Assembly (NCBI GenBank): GCA_963700635.1
Contig: CAVOYH010000001.1
Span: 224,001-288,000, forward strand
Source: an uncultured Bacteroidota bacterium
GTDB taxonomy: Bacteria > Bacteroidota > Ignavibacteria > UBA10030 > UBA6906
Direction of reading: 5' to 3'
DNA length: 64,000 nucleotides
Position numbers and translations under genes: made by a program. This document shows positions 59,138 through 64,000 of this stretch, one piece after another (within the stretch, counting starts at the first letter, position 1; each line of letters opens with the position of its first letter). The notes beneath the pieces are model-generated. The model searched no databases. It saw only the letters and a list, made by a program, of their open reading frames with translations, and had not been told where the DNA came from.

Positions 59138-60453
59138 AACGTTGTCTTGTTGTGTGCCTGATGCTTCCTTGTATGGTCTTTGCCGGCCAGGAAGAGGGAC
59201 TCACCGTGGAGAACGCCATCACGATCGGACTGGCACAGAGCCGCACTCTTCGGGCGTCTGCCGCGCGTGTGGAAGCAGCCGAGGCTCGCGCTGCTGAAGC
59301 GCAGACCTCACGCCTGCCCCTTCTGAAGGGTGAGGCAAGTTACCGACGGCTTAGCGAAGTCGACCCGTTCAGAGTGCAACTCCCTATTTCGCCGCAACCG
59401 GTAGAGATTTCGCCGACCGTTCTGGATAACACAGCGTTGCGCGTGAGTCTCCAGCAGCCGCTGTTTACAGGGTTCCGGATTGCCAGCACGATCCGTGTGG
59501 CGGAATTGGGCTCTCAGGCGGCGACGCTGGAGTACGCCAGCGACCGGTCGGATCTGGTCCTGAACATCATCGCAGCATACTGGACGCTCTATCAGGCGCG
59601 GGAAGCAGAGAGGTTTGCGGCGGAAAACGTCACCCGTCTTGAACAATATGCTCGTGATGCCGACCTGCTCCTGGGCGCCGGTGCTGCCACACGTAATGAT
59701 GTCCTGCGCATCCAGGTCCAGCTCTCCACTGCGCGGCTTGGCAGGATTGACGCCCAGAACGATGCCCGGCTTGCCGCCATGAATCTGAACATGCTGCTCG
59801 GCCGTCCCGTGGATATGCCTCTCCTGCTGCTGTCAGCCCCCGCACGTTCTTCGCCTCCGATTCCGGGCGCCGTCCACTCCATGATCACGGATGCACGCGA
59901 CAACCGGGCTGATCTGAAGTCCCTGCGCACGCGTGTTGAAGCATCGAGAGCCGGCGTGGGTGTTGCGCAGGCCGGATGGTGGCCGCAACTCGCGCTCAGC
60001 GGAAGTTTCCTGTACGCGCGGCCGAACAGCCGGTACCTGCCCACCCGCGACGAATTTAAGGGTACGTGGGAGGTCGGGGTGGCCCTCTCGATGGATATCT
60101 GGAATTGGGGTCAGACCTCATACCAGACGGCGCAGGCCGAAGCAACGCTCAGGCAAAACGAATTCCTGGCCTCACAGATGGAAGAGCTGGTTTCGCTTGA
60201 AGTTCACCGGGCCTCACTGCTGGTCTCCCGCGCGGTTGAGCGCACCGAGGTGGCAACATTGGCACTCCGTCAGGCGGAAGAACAGGCCCGGATGACACAG
60301 GACAAATACCGGAACGGGCTCGCGACGACAGCCGATCTTCTGGATGCCGAGGTCGCCCTGCATCAGGCAAAGACGACCGTCAGCGGCGCCCGCGTGGAAC
60401 AGGAAATCGCCCGGGCGCGCCTCACCCGAACCGTCGGGGGTCTCGCCCCATGA
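59134..60453 (+). CDS. TolC family outer-membrane efflux protein
   Basis: Signal peptide, duplicated OEP repeats, YRNGLATTADLLDAE. Confidence 0.93.
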   Translation: MKRCLVVCLMLPCMVFAGQEEGLTVENAITIGLAQSRTLRASAARVEAAEARAAEAQTSRLPLLKGEASYRRLSEVDPFRVQLPISPQPVEISPTVLDNTALRVSLQQPLFTGFRIASTIRVAELGSQAATLEYASDRSDLVLNIIAAYWTLYQAREAERFAAENVTRLEQYARDADLLLGAGAATRNDVLRIQVQLSTARLGRIDAQNDARLAAMNLNMLLGRPVDMPLLLLSAPARSSPPIPGAVHSMITDARDNRADLKSLRTRVEASRAGVGVAQAGWWPQLALSGSFLYARPNSRYLPTRDEFKGTWEVGVALSMDIWNWGQTSYQTAQAEATLRQNEFLASQMEELVSLEVHRASLLVSRAVERTEVATLALRQAEEQARMTQDKYRNGLATTADLLDAEVALHQAKTTVSGARVEQEIARARLTRTVGGLAP

Positions 60454-61415
60454 CGGACGTGACAATAGATGTGCGCGATCTTACCAAACGTTTCGGTTCG
60501 TTTACGGCGGTTGACCATGTCTCGTTTACCGCGCGGCGGGGGGAGATTTTCGGCTTTCTCGGCGCGAATGGCGCAGGCAAATCCACGACCATCCGTATGC
60601 TCTGCGGCATCCTCCAGCCCACATCCGGCACGGCTCTTGTCGGTGGATACGATATCAACACACAGACCGAACTCGTCAAACAGAACATCGGCTACATGTC
60701 GCAACGCTTTTCGCTGTATGATGACCTCACAGTCGAACAGAACATCAGGTTCTTCGGCGGCGTCTATGGCCTTGATGCGGGCCGCCTGCGCGACCGGATG
60801 GCATGGGTCGTGGACATGGCGGACCTGCGGGGCCGGGAAACCGCGCTCACCCGTACACTCTCTGGAGGATGGAAACAGAGACTTGCGCTCGGGTGCGCGA
60901 TCCTCCACGAACCGCCCATTGTCTTTCTGGACGAACCCACCGGGGGAGTTGACCCGATCTCGCGACGGAATTTCTGGGAACTCATCAACCGGCTGTCTGA
61001 CGATGGCGTCACGGTCCTGGTGACGACACACTTCCTGGACGAGGCTGAGTATTGTAATGACATTATCTTGATCAACGCGGGCTCCCTGATCGCGTCCGGG
61101 AGTCCGATGGAACTCAAAACCAGACACATCACGACCCCGCTTCTCGAAGTTACGCTGGCCGAGGGAGAAATCGTGGAGGCCCTGGAGGCAGTCCGGGCCG
61201 AGCCCTGGGCAATCGAGACGTCGGTGTTTGGAACCCGTTTGCATGTGATGGTGGAAGATGAGGCCACCGGACGGGCGCAGCTCCGGGCTCTGCTCACTTC
61301 CCGGGGGAGCCGGCCCAAGACAATCGACCGGATTATCCCCTCGCTGGAGGACGTCTTTCTCTATCTGCTCGAACACGGTGGACGGCGCACCGAAGATCCC
61401 ACACGGCAAGGATAA
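60450..61415 (+). CDS. ABC transporter ATP-binding protein
   Basis: GANGAGKST, LSGGWKQR, LDEPTGGVDP, TTHFLDEAE. Confidence 0.96.
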   Translation: MTDVTIDVRDLTKRFGSFTAVDHVSFTARRGEIFGFLGANGAGKSTTIRMLCGILQPTSGTALVGGYDINTQTELVKQNIGYMSQRFSLYDDLTVEQNIRFFGGVYGLDAGRLRDRMAWVVDMADLRGRETALTRTLSGGWKQRLALGCAILHEPPIVFLDEPTGGVDPISRRNFWELINRLSDDGVTVLVTTHFLDEAEYCNDIILINAGSLIASGSPMELKTRHITTPLLEVTLAEGEIVEALEAVRAEPWAIETSVFGTRLHVMVEDEATGRAQLRALLTSRGSRPKTIDRIIPSLEDVFLYLLEHGGRRTEDPTRQG

Positions 61416-61418
61416 CGT

Positions 61419-62552
61419 ATGGCGTTGCTCCGAATCCTCAAACCGATAGTTATCAAGGAGTTCCGGCAGATCCGCCGTGACCCGACATCACTCGGCATGC
61501 TTCTCGTTCTTCCCGCGGCGCTTATCGTCCTGGTCGGGTACGCCCTGAATTTTGATGTAAAACATGTGCCGATGCTGGTGATGGATCAAAGCCGGACTCC
61601 GGAAAGCCGTGAGTATCTCGCCATGTTCCAGCACTCCGAATATTTTACGCAGATTGCAACAGTGGATCGTTATGAGGACATCGAGGAGTCGTTTATGCAC
61701 GGCCGTGCGAAGATCGCCCTCGTAGTCCCGCCGGAATTCGGCCGCCACGTTATGGCCGGCCGGGGAACCCGGATTCAGATACTGGTTGACGGGTCCGATG
61801 CCAACACCTCGGGACAGGCCATGGGGAACGCGGTGCGGATGACCATGGACTATTCCAACCGGATCCTCCTGGAAAAGCTCCGCAGAACCGGACGGAATGC
61901 GTATGTTCCACTTGAGCTTCAGTCCCGCATCTGGTACAACCCGGACATGGTGACCTCGAAATTTCTGGTGCCCGGCCTGATCGGATTTATCATCATGCTC
62001 ACCGCCGTGATTTCCATTTCATTGACGGTTGTCCGGGAAAAAGAGCGGGGAACGATGGAACAAATCATGGTGTCACCCCTCCGGCCCATCGACGTGATCC
62101 TTGGCAAGACGCTTCCGTACATGGCCATCGCGCTGGCATCTGCCACGATTATCCTGCTGTTTGGATACATACTCTTCGACATCCGGATTACCGGGAGTAT
62201 GATCCTGCTGTATGCCGGCATTTTTATGATTGTCCTCGGATCCCTCGGACAGGGATTGTTGATTTCATCGATGACCGACTCGCAGCAGGTGGCCTTCATG
62301 ATCTCCGTGTTCTCGTCACTGCTGCCCTCGTTTCTGCTGTCAGGCTTTGTTTTTCCGGTTGCCAGCATGCCTGTCGTCCTGCAGGTGCTCTCGAATCTTG
62401 CCGTGGCAAAGTATTTCCTCGTTGTCGTGCGCGGCGTGATGCTCAAGGGCGTCGGCATAGAAGCCGTGTGGGAACAGTTCTTGTTTATGGGGCTATTTGC
62501 GCTGATCACAATCGGGATCAGCGTGAAGCGGCTTCAGAAGCGCACACTGTGA
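61419..62552 (+). CDS. ABC-2 type permease (YbhS-like)
   Basis: KEFRQIRRD, WYNP, VPGLIG, REKERGTMEQ, LSGFVFP. Confidence 0.94.
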   Translation: MALLRILKPIVIKEFRQIRRDPTSLGMLLVLPAALIVLVGYALNFDVKHVPMLVMDQSRTPESREYLAMFQHSEYFTQIATVDRYEDIEESFMHGRAKIALVVPPEFGRHVMAGRGTRIQILVDGSDANTSGQAMGNAVRMTMDYSNRILLEKLRRTGRNAYVPLELQSRIWYNPDMVTSKFLVPGLIGFIIMLTAVISISLTVVREKERGTMEQIMVSPLRPIDVILGKTLPYMAIALASATIILLFGYILFDIRITGSMILLYAGIFMIVLGSLGQGLLISSMTDSQQVAFMISVFSSLLPSFLLSGFVFPVASMPVVLQVLSNLAVAKYFLVVVRGVMLKGVGIEAVWEQFLFMGLFALITIGISVKRLQKRTL

Positions 62553-62578
62553 TCCGATTCAAGCAGAGGAAGAAGTTT

Positions 62579-63721
62579 ATGGCCGTACAGCGCAGTCTGT
62601 CAGTGATCGGTGAGATTATCAGGAAAGAATTCTACCAGATCCGGCAGGACAAACGGATGCTGGGCATTTCCATTGTCGCCCCGATTCTCCAGGTGATTCT
62701 TCTTGGCTATGCTGCCACCACCGACATCATCAACACCACGATGGTGGTATGTGACCAGGATCGAACCGCCGAGAGCAGGGCGTTTGTGCAGAGTTATACT
62801 TCCTCGGGGTACTTTATCCACGGGTACAGCGTCGAAACGCCCGGTGAGGTCGATGAGCTGGTGGCGGACGGTCGGGCAACCATTGCCCTTGTGATACCGC
62901 GCGGGTTCGCTGCTGCACTACTCGCGAGAAAAACGACCGCAGTGCAGGTGGTGCTTGACGGAACCGATGCGAACACCGCGAGTATTCTCCTTAATTATGC
63001 GACACAAATTGTGTCTACCTATTCGCAGAAGATCCTGCTTGAACAATCCACGGTAATGCGCTCCATGACGTCCGCACGGGTGCTGCCGGAACCGCGCGTA
63101 TGGTTTAACCCGGATCTCAAGAGTTCCAACTATATGGTGCCGGGAGTTGTGGCGCTGGTGCTCATGATCATCACCATGATGCTAACGTCGCTGGGCATAG
63201 TCCGGGAAAAGGAGATCGGCACGCTGGAACAGCTGATGGTCACACCCATCAAGCCGCATGAACTGATTCTGGGGAAGCTCATTCCGTTTACAGTCATTGG
63301 CTTCATCGATGTCCTGATCGTGCTCGGCCTTGCGCACTACTGGTTCGCCGTTCCGATGCTCGGAAGTCTTCCGCTTTTGTTCGGACTGAGCGGACTCTTT
63401 ATTCTCACCACGCTGGGGCTGGGGCTGTTTATTTCCACCGTTGCCCGGACACAACAGCAGGCCATGCTTATCGCCCAGTTCTTCTTCTTCATGCCGTTTT
63501 TGTTCCTTTCCGGGTTCACCTTTCCCATTGCGAACATGCCGGAGAGTATCCAGCTTATTACGTATGCGATACCGCTCAGGTACTTTCTGGAAATTGTGCG
63601 GGGGATTTTCCTCAAGGGCGCCGGCATCGGTGAACTCTGGTGGCAGGGGGTGACCCTGCTCGGGCTGGGGGTGATGATCTTTGCGCTGAGCGTATGGCGA
63701 TTCCAGAAAAAACTTGAATAA
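62579..63721 (+). CDS. ABC-2 type permease (YbhR-like)
   Basis: KEFYQIRQD, WFNPDL, REKEIGTLEQL, LSGFTFPIANMP. Confidence 0.94.
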   Translation: MAVQRSLSVIGEIIRKEFYQIRQDKRMLGISIVAPILQVILLGYAATTDIINTTMVVCDQDRTAESRAFVQSYTSSGYFIHGYSVETPGEVDELVADGRATIALVIPRGFAAALLARKTTAVQVVLDGTDANTASILLNYATQIVSTYSQKILLEQSTVMRSMTSARVLPEPRVWFNPDLKSSNYMVPGVVALVLMIITMMLTSLGIVREKEIGTLEQLMVTPIKPHELILGKLIPFTVIGFIDVLIVLGLAHYWFAVPMLGSLPLLFGLSGLFILTTLGLGLFISTVARTQQQAMLIAQFFFFMPFLFLSGFTFPIANMPESIQLITYAIPLRYFLEIVRGIFLKGAGIGELWWQGVTLLGLGVMIFALSVWRFQKKLE

Positions 63722-63772
63722 AAGCGGGGAAATTGTGATGTTCCGGTCAACAGGAATCATCATGGAGGTGGT

Positions 63773-64000
63773 ATGGCGCGGCATCCGATCGAAGAAATGC
63801 AGTACCCCCCCTTCGCGGGATTTTCCAGGGAGACATTCCGTTTTCTCCGGAGACTCAAACGCAACAATAACCGTCCGTGGTTCCTGAAGCACAAGCAGGA
63901 ATATGAGGAACTGGTCCGGTTTCCGATGCAATGTCTGATCGCCGCTCTGGGACCCCGTCTCGCCGATGCCGCTCCGGATTTTGACTTCCATCCCCGGAAA
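63773..64000 (+). CDS. DUF2461 (TIGR02453) family protein, 3' partial
   Basis: GGAGG RBS, ATG at 63773; FAGFSRETFRFLRRLKRNNNRPWF..HKQEYE; absent from the ORF track because it runs off the window. Confidence 0.85.
   Translation, partial: MARHPIEEMQYPPFAGFSRETFRFLRRLKRNNNRPWFLKHKQEYEELVRFPMQCLIAALGPRLADAAPDFDFHPRK

Overview
A gene-dense, roughly 58-60% GC (by eye) core-genome window from an Ignavibacteria-like member of the Bacteroidota/Chlorobiota group. The taxonomic call is inferred from T9SS-type 'QNYPNPFN' C-terminal domains and the gene set. It carries uvrA, two secreted S8 proteases, mscL, an OmpA/TSP3 protein, a minus-strand nif3-zinc ribbon-RNase H-rnpB-recJ-yebC-ruvCAB-aldehyde dehydrogenase string, response regulators, purine, lysine and leucine metabolism genes, CIRCE-controlled groESL and a TetR-controlled ABC/TolC efflux operon. 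I found no mobile element, CRISPR array, tRNA or rRNA. Three candidates for novelty stand out. (1) A stand-alone lipoprotein that is a copy of the prodomain of the adjacent T9SS-secreted subtilase, a putative protease/inhibitor or chaperone pair. (2) An unannotated ~155-nt structured RNA with its own sigma70-type promoter and intrinsic terminator immediately upstream of nif3. (3) An orphan acylating aldehyde dehydrogenase with a microcompartment-type encapsulation peptide, coupled to ruvB. Six +1 frameshifts (four in groEL) most likely reflect sequencing or assembly insertion errors.
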